Shown here in pieces: positions 26,001 through 39,900 of a DNA stretch of 64,000 bases. The position numbers and the translations under genes are program-made. The notes under the pieces are model-generated. The model made no database searches, was not told the DNA's origin, and saw only the letters and a program-made list of their open reading frames with translations. This DNA comes from Eledone cirrhosa (lineage: Eukaryota), in NCBI GenBank assembly GCA_964016885.1, contig OZ024741.1, forward strand, positions 259,780,001-259,844,000, read 5' to 3'. Each line of letters starts with the position of its first letter. The stretch's first letter is position 1.

Positions 26001-27432
26001 GTCGAAACACTCGTAAGTCGAAACACTCGTAAGTCGAAAAACTCGTAAGCCGGAACACTCGTAAGTCAGAACACTCGTAAGTCAGAACACTCGTAAGTCG
26101 AAACACTCGTAAGCCGAAACACCCGTAAGTCGAAACATTCGTAAGTCGAAACACCCGTAAGTCGAAACACTCGTAAGTCGAAACACTCGTAAGTCGAAAC
26201 ACCGTAAGTCAAAACACTCGTATGTCGAAACATCCGTAAATCAGAACACTCCTAAGTCAAAACACTCGTAAGTCGAAACACTCGTAAGTCAAAAATACTC
26301 GTAAGTCGAAACACCCTTAAGTAAAAACACTCGTAAGTCGAAACACTCGTAAGCCGAAACACCCGTCAGTTAAAACACCCGTAAGTCGAAACACTCGTAA
26401 GTCAAAACTCTCGTACGCCGAAACACTCGTAAGTAAAAACATTAGTAAGTCGAAACACTCGTAAGCCGAAACACCCGTAAGTCAAAACATTCGTAAGTCA
26501 AAACACTCGTAAGTCGAAACACCCGTAAGTCGAAACACTCGTATGTCGAAACACTCGTAAGCCGAAACACCGTAAGTAAAAACACTCGTAAGTCTAAACA
26601 CCCACAAGTCGAAACACTCGTAAGCCGAAACACTCGTAAGTCGAAACACTCATAAGCCGAAACACTCGTAAGTCGGAACACTCGTAAATCAGAACACCCG
26701 CAAGTCAGAACACTCGTATCGAAACACTCGTATGTCAAAACACCCGTAAGTCAAAACACTCGTAAGTCGAAACACTCGTAAGCCGAAACACCGTAAGTAA
26801 AAAAACTCGTAAGTCGAAATACTCGTAAGTCGAAACACTCGTAAGCCGAAACAATCGTAATTCAAAACACTCGTAAGTCGAAACACTCGTAAGCCGAAAC
26901 AATCGTAAGTCGAAACACTCGTAAGCCGAAAATACTCGTAAGTCGGAACACCCGTAAGCCGAAACACTCGTATGTCGAAACACTCGTAAGCCGAAACAAC
27001 ATAAGTAAAAACACTCGTAAGTCGAAACACCCATAAGTCGAAACACTCGTAAGCCGAAACACTCGTAAGTCGAAACACTCATAAGCCGAAACACTCGTAA
27101 GTCGGAACACTCGTAAATCAGAACACCCGCAAGTCAGAACACTCGTAAATCAGAACACTCTTAAGTCGAAACTCACGTACGCCGAAACACTCGTAAGTCG
27201 AAACACTCGTAAGTCGAAACATCCTTAAGTCGAAACACTCGTACACCGAAACACTCGTAAGTATAAACATTAGTAAGTCGAAACACTCGTATGTCGAAAC
27301 ACTCGTAAACCGAAACACTCGTAAGTCGGAACACTCGTAAGTCAGAACACTCGTAAGTCAGAACACTCGTAAGTCGAAACACTCATAAGTCGAAACACTC
27401 GTAAGTCGAAACACCCGTAAGTCGAAACACCC
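20040..27432. repeat. HOR-A copy 3
   Basis: Same markers at +14852. Periodicity breaks at 27433 (CCCGTAAG vs CCCATAAG at 12581). Confidence 0.93.
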
Positions 27433-29195
27433 GTAAGTCGAAACACTCGTATGTCGAATAACTCGTAAGCCGAAACACCGTAAGTCAAAACACTCGTAAG
27501 TCGAAACACTCGTAAGTCGAAACACCCATAAGCCGAAACATTCGTAAGCCAAAACATTCGTAAGTCGAAACACTCGTAAACCGAAACACTCGTAAGCCAA
27601 AACATTCGTAAGTCGAAACACTCGTAAGTCGAAACACCCATAGCCGAAACACTTGTAAGTCTGAACACACGTAAGTCAGAACACCCGTAAGTCAGAACAC
27701 TCGTAAGTCAGAACACTCGTAAGTCAGAACACTCGTAAGTCAGAGCACTCGTATCGAAACACTCGTATGTCAAAACACCCGTAAGTCAAAACACTCGTAA
27801 GTCGAAACACTCGTAAGCCGAAACACCGTAAGCCAAAACACTCGTAAGTCGAAACATCCGTAAGTCGGAACACTCGTAAGTCGAAACACTCGTAAGTCGA
27901 AACACTCGTAAGCCGAAACACTCGTAAGCCGAAACACTCGTAAGTCGGAACACTCGTAAGTCGGAACACTCGTAAGTCAGAACACTCGTAAGTCAGAGCA
28001 CTCGTATCGAAACACTCGTATGTCAAAACACCCGTAAGTCAAAACACTCGTAAGTCGAAACACTCGTAAGTCGAAACACTCGTAAGCCGAAACAATCGTA
28101 AGTCAAAACACTCGTAAGTCGAAACACTCGTGAGCCGAAAATACTCGTAATTCGGAACACCCGTAAGCCGAAACCCTCGCAGGTCGGAACACTCGTAAGT
28201 CGAAACACTCGTAAGACGAAACACCCGTAAGTCGGAACACTCGTAAGTCAGAATACTCGTAAGTCGAAACACTCGTAAACCGGAACACCCGTAAGGCAAA
28301 ACATTCGTAAGTCAAAACACTCGTAAGTCGAAACACTCGTAAGCCGAAACACTCGTAAGTCGAAACACTCGTAAGTCGAAACACCCGTAAGTCGAAACAT
28401 CCGTAAGTCAAAACACTCGTATGTCGAAACACTCGTAAGCCGAAACACTCGTAAGTCGGAACACTCGCAAGTCAGAACACTCGTAAGTCAGAACACTCGT
28501 AAGTTGAAACACTCGTAAGTCGAAACACCCGTAAGTCGAAACGCCCGTAAGTCAAAACACTCGTATGTCGAAACAATCGCAAGCCGAAAAACCGTAAGTC
28601 AAAACACTCGTAAGTCGAAACACTCGTAAGTCGAAACACTCGTAAGCGGAAACACTCGTAAGCGAAAACATTCGTAAGTCGAAACACTCGTAACCCGAAA
28701 CACTCGTAAGTCGAAACACTCGAAAGCCGAAACACTCGTAAGTCGAAACACTCATAAGCCGAAACACTCGTAAGTCGGAACACTCGTAAGTCAGAACACC
28801 CGTAAGTCAGAACACTCGTAGTCAGAACACTCGTAAGTCGAAACACTCGTAAGCCGAAACAATCGTAAGTCGAAGCACTCGTAATCCGAAACACTCTTAA
28901 GTCGAAACACTCGTAAGTCGGAACACTCGCAAGTCAGAACACTCGTAAGTCAGAACACTCGTAAGTCGAAACACTCGTAAGCCGAAACACCCGTAAGTCA
29001 AAACATCCGTAAGTCAAAACATTCGTAAGTCGAAACACCCGTAGTCGAAACACTCGCAAGTCGAAACACTCGTAAGTCGAAACACGCGTAAGTCGAAACA
29101 CATGTATGTCAAAACACTCTTAAGTCAAAACACTCGTAAGCCGAAACACTCGTAAGTCGAAACACTCGTAAGTCGAAACGCTCGTAAAGCGAAAC

Positions 29196-29264
29196 GTATA
29201 AATAAAGATTAATGTAATGAATTTGAAAAGCATAGAGATTTGAAACCGCGTCTATTTGTTATTT
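29196..29264. repeat. 69-bp island, copy 5 (haplotype C)
   Basis: AAAGATTA / GAATTTG / GAGATT variant. Confidence 0.97.
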
Positions 29265-30089
29265 TCGTAAGTCGAAACACTCGTAAGCCGAAACACTCGT
29301 GAGCCGAAACACTCGTAAGTCGGAACACTCGTAAGTCAGAACACTCGTAAGTCAGAACACTCGTAAGTTAGAACACTCGTAAGTCAGAACACTCGTAAGT
29401 CAAAACACCCGTAAGTCAAAACACTCGTAAGTCGAAACACTCGTAAGCCGAAACACCGTAAGCCAAAACACTCGTAAGTCGAAACACCCGTAAGTCGGAA
29501 CACTCGTAAGTCGAAACACTCGTAAGTCGAAGCACTTGTAAGCAGAAACACTCGTAAGCCGAAACACTCGTAAGTCGGAACACTCGTAAGTCGGAACACT
29601 CGTAAGTCAGAACACTCGTAAGTCAGAACACTCGTAAGTCAGAACACTCGTAAGTCGAAACACTCGTATCGAAACACTCGTATGTCAAAACACCCGTAAG
29701 TCAAAACACTCGTAAATCGAAACACTCGTAAGTCGAAACACTCGTATGTCGAAACATCCGTAAATCAGAACACTCGTAAGTCGAAACACTCGTAAGTCGA
29801 AACACTCGTAAGCCGAAACACTCGTAAGTCGAAACACTCGTATCGAAACACTCGTAAGTCGAAACACCCTTAAGTCAAAACACTCGTAAGCCAAAACACT
29901 CGTAAGTCGAAACACTCGTAAGTCGGAACACTCGTAAGTCAGAACACTCGTAAGTCAGAACACTCGTAAGTGGAAACACGCGTAAGTCGAAAGACCCGTA
30001 AGTCAAAAATCTCGTTAGTCAAAACACTCGTAAGCCGAAACACTCGTAAGTCGAAACACTCGTAAGTCGAAACATTCGTAAAGCGAAAC

Positions 30090-30158
30090 GTATAAATAAA
30101 GATTAATGTTATGAACTTAAAAAGCATAGAGATTTGAAACCGCGTCTATTTGTTATTA
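30090..30158. repeat. 69-bp island, copy 6 (haplotype D)
   Basis: ATGTTATGAACTTAAAAAGCAT ... TTATTA variant. Confidence 0.97.
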
Positions 30159-33044
30159 TCGTAAGTCGAAACACTCGTAAGTCAGAACACTCGTAAGTCA
30201 GAACACTCGTAAGTCAGAACACTCGTAAGTCAGAACACTCGTAAGTCAGAACACTCTTAAGTCAGAACACTCGTATCGAAACACTCGTATGTCAAAACAC
30301 CCGTAAGTCAAAACACTCGTAAGTCGAAACACTCGTAAGTCGAAACACTCATAAGCCGAAACACTCGTAAGTCGGAACACTCGTAAGTCAGAACACCCGT
30401 AAGTCAGAACACTCGTAGTCAGAACACTCGTAAGTCGAAACACTCGTAAGCCGAAACACTCGTAAGTCGAAACACTCGTAAGTCGAAACATCCTTAAGTC
30501 GAAACACTCGTACACCGAAACACTCGTAAGTAAAAACATTAGTAAGTCGAAACACTCGTAAGCCGAAACACTCGTAAGTCGAAACACCCGTAAGTCGAAA
30601 CACCCGTAAGTCAAAACACTCGTATGTCGAAACACTCGTAAACCGAAACACTCGTAAGTCGGAACACTCGTAAGTCAGAACACTCGTAAGTCAGAACACT
30701 CGTAAGTCGAAACACTCATAAGTCGAAACACTCGTAAGTCGAAACACCCGTAAGTCGAAACACTCGTATGTCGAATAACTCGTAAGCCGAAACACCGTAA
30801 GTCAAAACACTCGTAAGTCGAAACACTCGTAAGTCGAAACACCCATAAGCCGAAACACTCGTAAGCCAAAACATTCGTAAGTCGAAACACTCGTAAACCG
30901 AAATACTCGTAAGCCAAAACATTCGTAAGTCGAAACACTCGTAAGTCGAAACACCCATAGCCGAAACACTCGTAAGTCGGAACACACGTAAGTCAGAACA
31001 CCCGTAAGTCAGAACACTCGTAAGTCGAAACACTCATAAGTCGAAACACTCGTAAGTCGAAACACCCGTAAGTCAGAACACTCGTAAGTCAGAACACTCG
31101 TAAGTCAGAGCACTCGTATCGAAACACTCGTATGTCAAAACACCCGTAAGTCAAAACACTCGTAAGTCGAAACACTCGTCAGCCGAAACACCGTAAGCCA
31201 AAACACTCGTAAGTCGAAACACCCGTAAGTCGGAACACTCGTAAGTCGAAACACTCGTAAGTCGAAACACTCGTAAGCCGAAACACTCGTAAGCCGAAAC
31301 ACTCGTAAGTCGGAACACTCGTAAGTCTGAACACTCGTAAGTCAAAACACTCGTAAGTCGAAACACTCGTAAGTCGAAACACCCATAAGCCGAAACACTC
31401 GTAAGCCAAAACATTCGTAAGTCGAAACACTCGTAAGCCGAAACACTCGTAAGCCAAAACATTCGTAAGTCGAAACACTCGTAAGTCGTAACACATATAG
31501 CCGAAACACTCGTAAGTCGGAACACACGTAAGTCAGAACACCCGTAAGTCAGAACACTCGTAAGTCAGAACACTCGTAAGTCAGAACACTCGTAAGTCAG
31601 AGCACTCGTATCGAAACACTCGTATGTAAAAACACCCATAAGTCAAAACACTAGTAAGTCGAAACACTCGTAAGCCGAAACACCGTAAGCCAAAACACTC
31701 GTAAGTCGAAACACCCGTAAGTCGGAACACTCGCAAGTCAAAACACTCGTAAGTCGAAACACTCGTAAGCCGAAACACTCGTAAGCCGAAACACTCGTAA
31801 GTCGGAACACTCGTAAGTCGGAACACTCGTAAGTCAGAACACTCGTAAGTCAGAACACTCGTAAGTCAGAACACTCGTAAGTCAGAATACTCGTAAGTCG
31901 AAACACTCGTATCGAAACACTCGTATGTCAAAACACCCGTAAGTCAAAACACTCGTAAGTCGAAACACTTGTAAGTCGAAACACCCATAGCCGAAACACT
32001 CGTAAGTCGGAACACACGTAAGTCAGAACACCCGTAAGTCAGAACACTCGTAAGTCAGAACACTCGTAAGTCAGAACACTCGTAAGTCAGAGCACTCGTA
32101 TCGAAACACTCGTATGTCAAAACACCCGTAAGTCGAAACACTCGTAAGTCGAAACACTCGTAAGCCAAAACACCGTAAGTAAAAAAGCTCGTAAGTCGAA
32201 ATACACGTAAGTCGAAACACTCGTAAGCCGAAACAATCGTAATTCAAAACACTCGTAAGTCGAAACACTCGTAAGCCAAAAATACTCGTACGTCGAAACA
32301 CCCGTAAGCCGAAACACTCGTAAGTCGGAACACTCGTAAGTCAAAACACTCGTAAGTCGAAACAGTCGTAAGTCGGAACACTCGTAAGTCAGAACACTCG
32401 TAAATCAGAACATTCATAAGTCAAAACACTCGTAATTCGAAACACCCGTAAGTCGAAACGCCCGTAAGTCGAAACACTCATTAGCCGAAACACTCGTAAG
32501 TCGGAACACTCGTAAGTCAGAATACCCGTAAGTCAGAACACTCGTAGTCAGAACACTCGTAAGTCAAAACACTCGTAAGCCGAAACACTCGTAAGCCGAA
32601 ACACTCGTAAGCCGAAACACTCTTAAGTCGGAACACTCGTCAGTCGGAACACTCGTAAGTCAAAACATTCGTAAGCCAAAATACTCGTAAGTCGAAACAC
32701 TCGTACGTCGAAACACTCGTAAGTCGAAACACTCGTAAGTCGAAACATCCTTAAGTCGAAACACTCGTACACCGAAACACTCGTAAGTAAAAACATTAGT
32801 AAGCCGAAACACTCGTAAGCCGAAACACTCGTAAGTCGGAACACTCGTAAGTCGGAACACTCGTAAGTCGAAACACCCATAAGCCGAAACACTCGTAAGC
32901 CAAAACATTCGTAAGTCGAAACACTCGTAAGCCGAAACACTCGTAAGTCAAAACATTCGTAAGTCGAAACACTCGTAAGTCGAAACACCCATAGCCGAAA
33001 CACTCGTAAGTCGGAACACCCGTAAGTCAGAACACCCGTAAGTC

Positions 33045-33640
33045 AGAACACTCGTAAGTCAGAACACTCGTAAGTCAGAGCACTCGTATCGAAACACTCG
33101 TATGTAAAAACACCCATAAGTCAAAACACTAGTAAGTCGAAACACTCGTAAGCCGAAACACCGTAAGCCAAAACACTCGTAAGTCGAAACACCCGTAAGT
33201 CGGAACACTCGTAAGTCAAAACACTCGTAAGTCGAAACACTCGTAAGCCGAAACACTCGTAAGCCGAAACACTCGTAAGTCGGAACACTCGTAAGTCGGA
33301 ACACTCGTAAGTCAGAACACTCGTAAGTCAGAACACTCGTAAGTCAGAACACTCGTAAGTCAGAGCACTCGTATCGAAACACTCGTATGTAAAAACACCC
33401 ATAAGTCAAAACACTAGTAAGTCGAAACACTCGTAAGCCGAAACACCGTAAGCCAAAACACTCGTAAGTCGAAACACCCGTAAGTCGGAACACTCGTAAG
33501 TCAAAACACTCGTAAGTCGAAACACTCGTAAGCCGAAACACTCGTAAGCCGAAACACTCGTAAGTCGGAACACTCGTAAGTCGGAACACTCGTAAGTCAG
33601 AACACTCGTAAGTCAGAACACTCGTAAGTCAGAACACTCG
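33045..33640. repeat. 285-bp local tandem duplication
   Basis: Identical ORFs 33059/33344. The marker TATGTAAAAACACCCATAAGTCAAAACACTAGT occurs twice here and once in the paralogous region at ~46985. Confidence 0.88.
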
Positions 33641-33941
33641 TAAGTCAGAATACTCGTAAGTCGAAACACTCGTATCGAAACACTCGTATGTCAAAACACC
33701 CGTAAGTCAAAACACTCGTAAGTCGAAACACTCGTAAGTCGAAACACTCGTAAGCCGAAACACTCGTAAGCCGAAACACTCGTAAGCCGAAACACTCGTA
33801 AGTCGGAACACTCGTAAGTCAGAACACTCATAAGTCAGAACACTCGTAAGTCAGAACACTCGTAAGTCGAAACACTCGTAAGCCGAAACACCGTAAGTCG
33901 AAACACCCGTATGTCGAAACACTCGTAAGCCGAAACACTCT

Positions 33942-36900
33942 TAAGTCGAAACACTCATAAGCCGAAACACTCGTAAGTCGGAACACTCGTAAATCAGAAC
34001 ACCCGCAAGTCAGAACACTCGTAAATCAGAACACTCTTAAGTCGAAACTTACGTACGCCGAAACAATCGTAAGTCGAAACACTCGTAAGTCGAAACATCC
34101 TTAAGTCGAAACACTCGTACACCGAAACACTCGTAAGTATAAACATTAGTAAGTCGAAACACTCGTATGTCGAAACACTCGTAAACCGAAACACTCGTAA
34201 GTCGGAACACTCGTAAGTCAGAACACTCGTAAGTCAGAACACTCGTAAGTCGAAACACTCATAAGTCGAAACACCCGTAAGTCGAAACACTCGTAAGTCG
34301 AAACACCCATAAGCCGAAACACTCGTAAGCCAAAACATTCGTAAGTCGAAACACTCGTAAACCGAAACACTCGTAAGCCAAAACATTCGTATGTCGAAAC
34401 ACTCGTAAGTCGAAACACCCATAGCCGAAACACTTGTAAGTCTGAACACACGTAAGTCAGAACACCCGTAAGTCAGAACACTCGTAAGTCAGAACACTCG
34501 TAAGTCAGAACACTCGTAAGTCAGAACACTCGTAAGTCAGAGCACTCGTATCGAAACACTCGTATGTCAAAACACCCGTAAGTCAAAACACTCGTAAGTC
34601 GAAACACTCGTAAGCCGAAACACCGTAAGCCAAAACACTCGTAAGTCGAAACACCCCTAAGTCGGAACGCTCGTAAGTCGAAACACTCGTAAGTCGAAAC
34701 ACTCGTAAGCCGAAACACTCGTAAGCCGAAACACTCGTAAGTCGGAACACTCGTAAGTCGGAACACTCGTAAGTCAGAACACTCGTAAGTCAGAACACTC
34801 GTAAGTCAGAACACTCGTAAGTCAGAACACTCGTAAGTCGAAACACTCGTATCGAAACACTCGTATGTCAAAACACCCGTAAGTCAAAACACTCGTAAGT
34901 CGAAACACTCGTAAGTCGAAACATTCGTAAGTCGAAACATCCGTAAATCAGAACACTCTTAAGTCGAAACACTCGTAAGTCGAAACACTCGTAAGCCGAA
35001 ACACTCGTAAGTCGAAGTACTCGTATCGAAACACTCGTAAGTCGAAACACCCTTAAGTCAAAACACTCGTAAGCCAAAACACTCGTAAGTCGAAACACTC
35101 GTAAGTCGGAACACTCGTAAGTCAGAACACTCGTAAATCAGAACACTCGTAAGTGGAAACACGCGTAAGTCGAAACACTCATAAGTCGAAACACTCGTAA
35201 GCCGAAACACTCGTAAGCCGAAACACTCGTAAGTCGAAACACTCGTAAGTCGGAACACTCGTAAGTCAGAACACTCATAAGTCAGAACACTCGTAAGTCA
35301 GAACACTCGTAAGTCGAAACACTCGTAAGCCGAAACACCGTAAGTCGAAACACCCGTATGTCGAAACACTCGTAAGCCGAAACACTCTTAAGTCGAAACA
35401 CTCATAAGCCGAAACACTCGTAAGTCGGAACACTCGTAAATCAGAACACCCGCAAGTCAGAACACTCGTAAATCAGAACACTCTTAAGTCGAAACTTACG
35501 TACGCCGAAACAATCGTAAGTCGAAACACTCGTAAGTCGAAACATCCTTAAGTCGAAACACTCGTACACCGAAACACTCGTAAGTATAAACATTAGTAAG
35601 TCAAAACACTCGTATGTCGAAACACTCGTAAACCGAAACACTCGTAAGTCGGAACACTCGTAAGTCAGAACACTCGTAAGTCAGAACACTCGTAAGTCGA
35701 AACACTCATAAGTCGAAACACCCGTAAGTCGAAACACTCGTAAGTCGAAACACCCATAAGCCGAAACACTCGTAAGCCAAAACATTCGTAAGTCGAAACA
35801 CTCGTAAACCGAAACACTCGTAAGCCAAAACATTCGTATGTCGAAACACTCGTAAGTCGAAACACCCATAGCCGAAACACTTGTAAGTCTGAACACACGT
35901 AAGTCAGAACACCCGTAAGTCAGAACACTCGTAAGTCAGAACACTCGTAAGTCAGAACACTCGTAAGTCAGAACACTCGTAAGTCAGAGCACTCGTATCG
36001 AAACACTCGTATGTCAAAACACCCGTAAGTCAAAACACTCGTAAGTCGAAACACTCGTAAGCCGAAACACCGTAAGCCAAAACACTCGTAAGTCGAAACA
36101 CCCCTAAGTCGGAACACTCGTAAGTCGAAACACTCGTAAGTCGAAACACTCGTAAGCCGAAACACTCGTAAGCCGAAACACTCGTAAGTCGGAACACTCG
36201 TAAGTCGGAACACTCGTAAGTCAGAACACTCGTAAGTCAGAACACTCGTAAGTCAGAACACTCGTAAGTCAGAACACTCGTAAGTCGAAACACTCGTATC
36301 GAAACACTCGTATGTCAAAACACCCGTAAGTCAAAACACTCGTAAGTCGAAACACTCGTAAGTCGAAACATTCGTAAGTCGAAACATCCGTAAATCAGAA
36401 CACTCTTAAGTCGAAACACTCGTAAGTCGAAACACTCGTAAGCCGAAACACTCGTAAGTCGAAGTACTCGTATCGAAACACTCGTAAGTCGAAACACCCT
36501 TAAGTCAAAACACTCGTAAGCCAAAACACTCGTAAGTCGAAACACTCGTAAGTCGGAACACTCGTAAGTCAGAACACTCGTAAATCAGAACACTCGTAAG
36601 TGGAAACACGCGTAAGTCGAAACACTCATAAGTCGAAACACTCGTAAGTCGAAACACCCGTAAGTCGAAACACCCGTAAGTCGAAACACTCGTATGTCGA
36701 ATAACTCGTAAGCCGAAACACCGTAAGTCAAAACACTCGTAAGTCGAAACACTCGTAAGTCGAAACACCCATAAGCCGAAACACTCGTAAGCCAAAACAT
36801 TCGTAAGTCGAAACACTCGTAAACCGAAACACTCGTAAGCCAAAACATTCGTAAGTCGAAACACTCGTAAGTCGAAACACCCATAGCCGAAACACTCGTA

Positions 36901-39900
36901 AGTCTGAACACACGTAAGTCAGAACAGCCGTAAGTCAGAACACTCGTAAGTCAGAACACTCGTAAGTCAGAACACTCGTAAGTCAGAGCACTCGTATCGA
37001 AACACTCGTATGTCAAAACACCCGTAAGTCAAAACACTCGTAAGTCGAAACACTCGTAAGTCGAAACACTCGTATGTCGAAACATCCGTAAATCAGAACA
37101 CTCGTAAGTCGAAACACTCGTAAGTCGAAACACTCGTAAGCCGAAACACTCGTAAGTCGAAGCACTCGTATCGAAACACTCGTAAGTCGAAACACCCTTA
37201 AGTCAAAACACTCGTAAGCCAAAACACTCGTAAGTCGAAACACTCGTAAGTCGGAACACTCGTAAGTCAGAACACTCGTAAGTCAGAACACTCGTAAGTG
37301 GAAACACGCGTAAGTCGAAAGACCCGTAAGTCAAAAATCTCGTAAGTCAAAACACTCGTAAGCCGAAACACTCGTAAGTCGAAACACTCGTAAGTCGAAA
37401 CACCCGTAAGTCGGAACACTCGTAAGTCAGAATACTCGTAAGTCAAAACACTCGTAAACCGGAACACCCGTAAGGCAAAACATTCGCATGTCAAAACACT
37501 CGTAAGCCGAAACACTCGTAAGTCGAAACACTCGTAAGTCGAAACACTCGTAAGTCGAAACACTCGTAAGTCAGTGCACCCGTAAGTCAGAACACTCGTA
37601 GTCAGAATACTCGTAAGTAGAAACACTCGTATGTCGAAACACCCGTAAGTCGAAACACTCATAAGTCGAAACACTCGTAAGCCGAAACACCCGTAAGTCA
37701 AAACATTCGTAAGTCAAAACACTCGTAAGTCGAAACACCCGTAAGTCAAAACACTCGTATGTCGAAACACTCGTAAGCCGAAACAACGTAAGTAAAAACA
37801 CTCGTAAGTCGAAACACCCATAAGTCGAAACACTCGTAAGCCGAAACACTCGTAAGTCGAAACACTCATAAGCCGAAACACTCGTAAGTCGGAACACTCG
37901 TAAATCAGAACACCCGCAAGTCAGAACACTCGTAAATCAGAACACTCTTAAGTCGAAACTCACGTACGCTGAAACACTCGTAAGTCGAAACACTCGTAAG
38001 TCGAAACATCCTTAAGTCGAAACACTCGTACACCGAAACACTCGTAAGTATAAACATTAGTAAGTCGAAACACTCGTAAGCCGAAACACTCGTAAGTCGA
38101 AACACCCGTAAATCGAAACACCCCTAAGTCAAAACACTCGTATGTCGAAACACTCGTAAACCGAAACACTCGTAAGTCGGAACACTCGTAAGTCAGAACA
38201 CTCGTAAGTCAGAACACTCGTAAGTCGAAACACTCATAAGTCGAAACACTCGTAAGTCGAAACACCCGTAAGTCGAAACCCCCGTAAGTCGAAACACTCG
38301 TATGTCGAATAACTCGTAAGCTGAAACACCGTAAGTCAAAACACTCGTAAGTCAAAACACTCGTAAGTCGAAACACCCATAAGCCGAAACACTCGTAAGC
38401 CAAAACATTCGTAAGTCGAAACACTCGTAAACCGAAACACTCGTAAGCCAAAACATTCGTAAGTCGAAACACTCGTAAGTCGAAACACCCATAGCCGAAA
38501 CACTCGTAAGTCGGAACACACGTAAGTCAGAACACCCGTAAGTCAGAACACTCGTAAGTCAGAACACTCGTAAGTCAGAGCACTCGTATCGAAACACTCG
38601 TATGTCAAAACACCCGTAAGTCAAAACACTCGTAAGTCGAAACACTCGTAAGCCGAAACACCGTAAGCCAAAACACTCGTAAGTCGAAACACCCGTAAGT
38701 CGGAACACTCGTAAGTCGAAACACTCGTAAGTCGAAACACTCGTAAGCCGAAACACTCGTAAGCCGAAACACTCGTAAGTCGGAACACTCGTAAGTCGGA
38801 ACACTCGTAAGTCAGAACACTCGTAAGTCAGAACACTCGTAAGTCAGAACACTCGTAAGTCAGAATACTCGTAAGTCGAAACACCCGTAAGTCGAAACAC
38901 CCGTAAGTCGAAACACTCGTATGTCGAATAACTCGTAAGCCGAAACACCGTAAGTCAAAACACTCGTAAGTCGAAACACTCGTAAGTCGAAACACCCATA
39001 AGCCGAAACACTCGTAAGCCAAAACATTCGTAAGTCGAAACACTCGTAAACCGAAACACTCGTAAGCCAAAACATTCGTAAGTCGAAACACTCGTAAGTC
39101 GAAACACCCATAGCCGAAACACTTGTAAGTCTGAACACACGTAAGTCAGAACACCCGTAAGTCAGAACACTCGTAAGTCAGAACACTCGTAAGTCAGAAC
39201 ACTCGTAAGTCAGAGCACTCGTATCGAAACACTCGTATGTCAAAACACCCGTAAGTCAAAACACTCGTAAGTCGAAACACTCGTAAGCCGAAACACCGTA
39301 AGCCAAAACACTCGTAAGTCGAAACACCCGTAAGTCGGAACACTCGTAAGTCGAAACACTCGTAAGTCGAAACACTCGTAAGCCGAAACACTCGTAAGCC
39401 GAAACACTCGTAAGTCGGAACACTCGTAAGTCGGAACACTCGTAAGTCAGAACACTCGTAAGTCAGAACACTCGTAAGTCAGAACACTCGTAAGTCAGAA
39501 CACTCGTAAGTCGAAACACTCGTATCGAAACACTCGTATGTCAAAACACCAGTAAGTCGAAACACTCGTATCGAAACACTCGTATGTCAAAACACCAGTA
39601 AGTCAAAACACTCGTAAGTCGAAACACTCGTAAGCCGAAACACCGTAAGTCGAAACACCCGTATGTCGAAACACTCGTAAGCCGAAACACTCGTAAGTCG
39701 AAACACTCGTAGTCGAAACACTCGTAAGTCGAAACACCCGTAAGTCGAAACACTCGTAAGTCGAAACACTCGTAAGCCGAAACACTCGTAAGTCGAAACA
39801 CTCATAAGCCGAAACACTCGTAAGTCGAAACACTCGTAAGTCAGAACACTCGTAGTCAGAACACTCGTAAGTCAAACCACTCGTAAGCCGAAACACTCGT

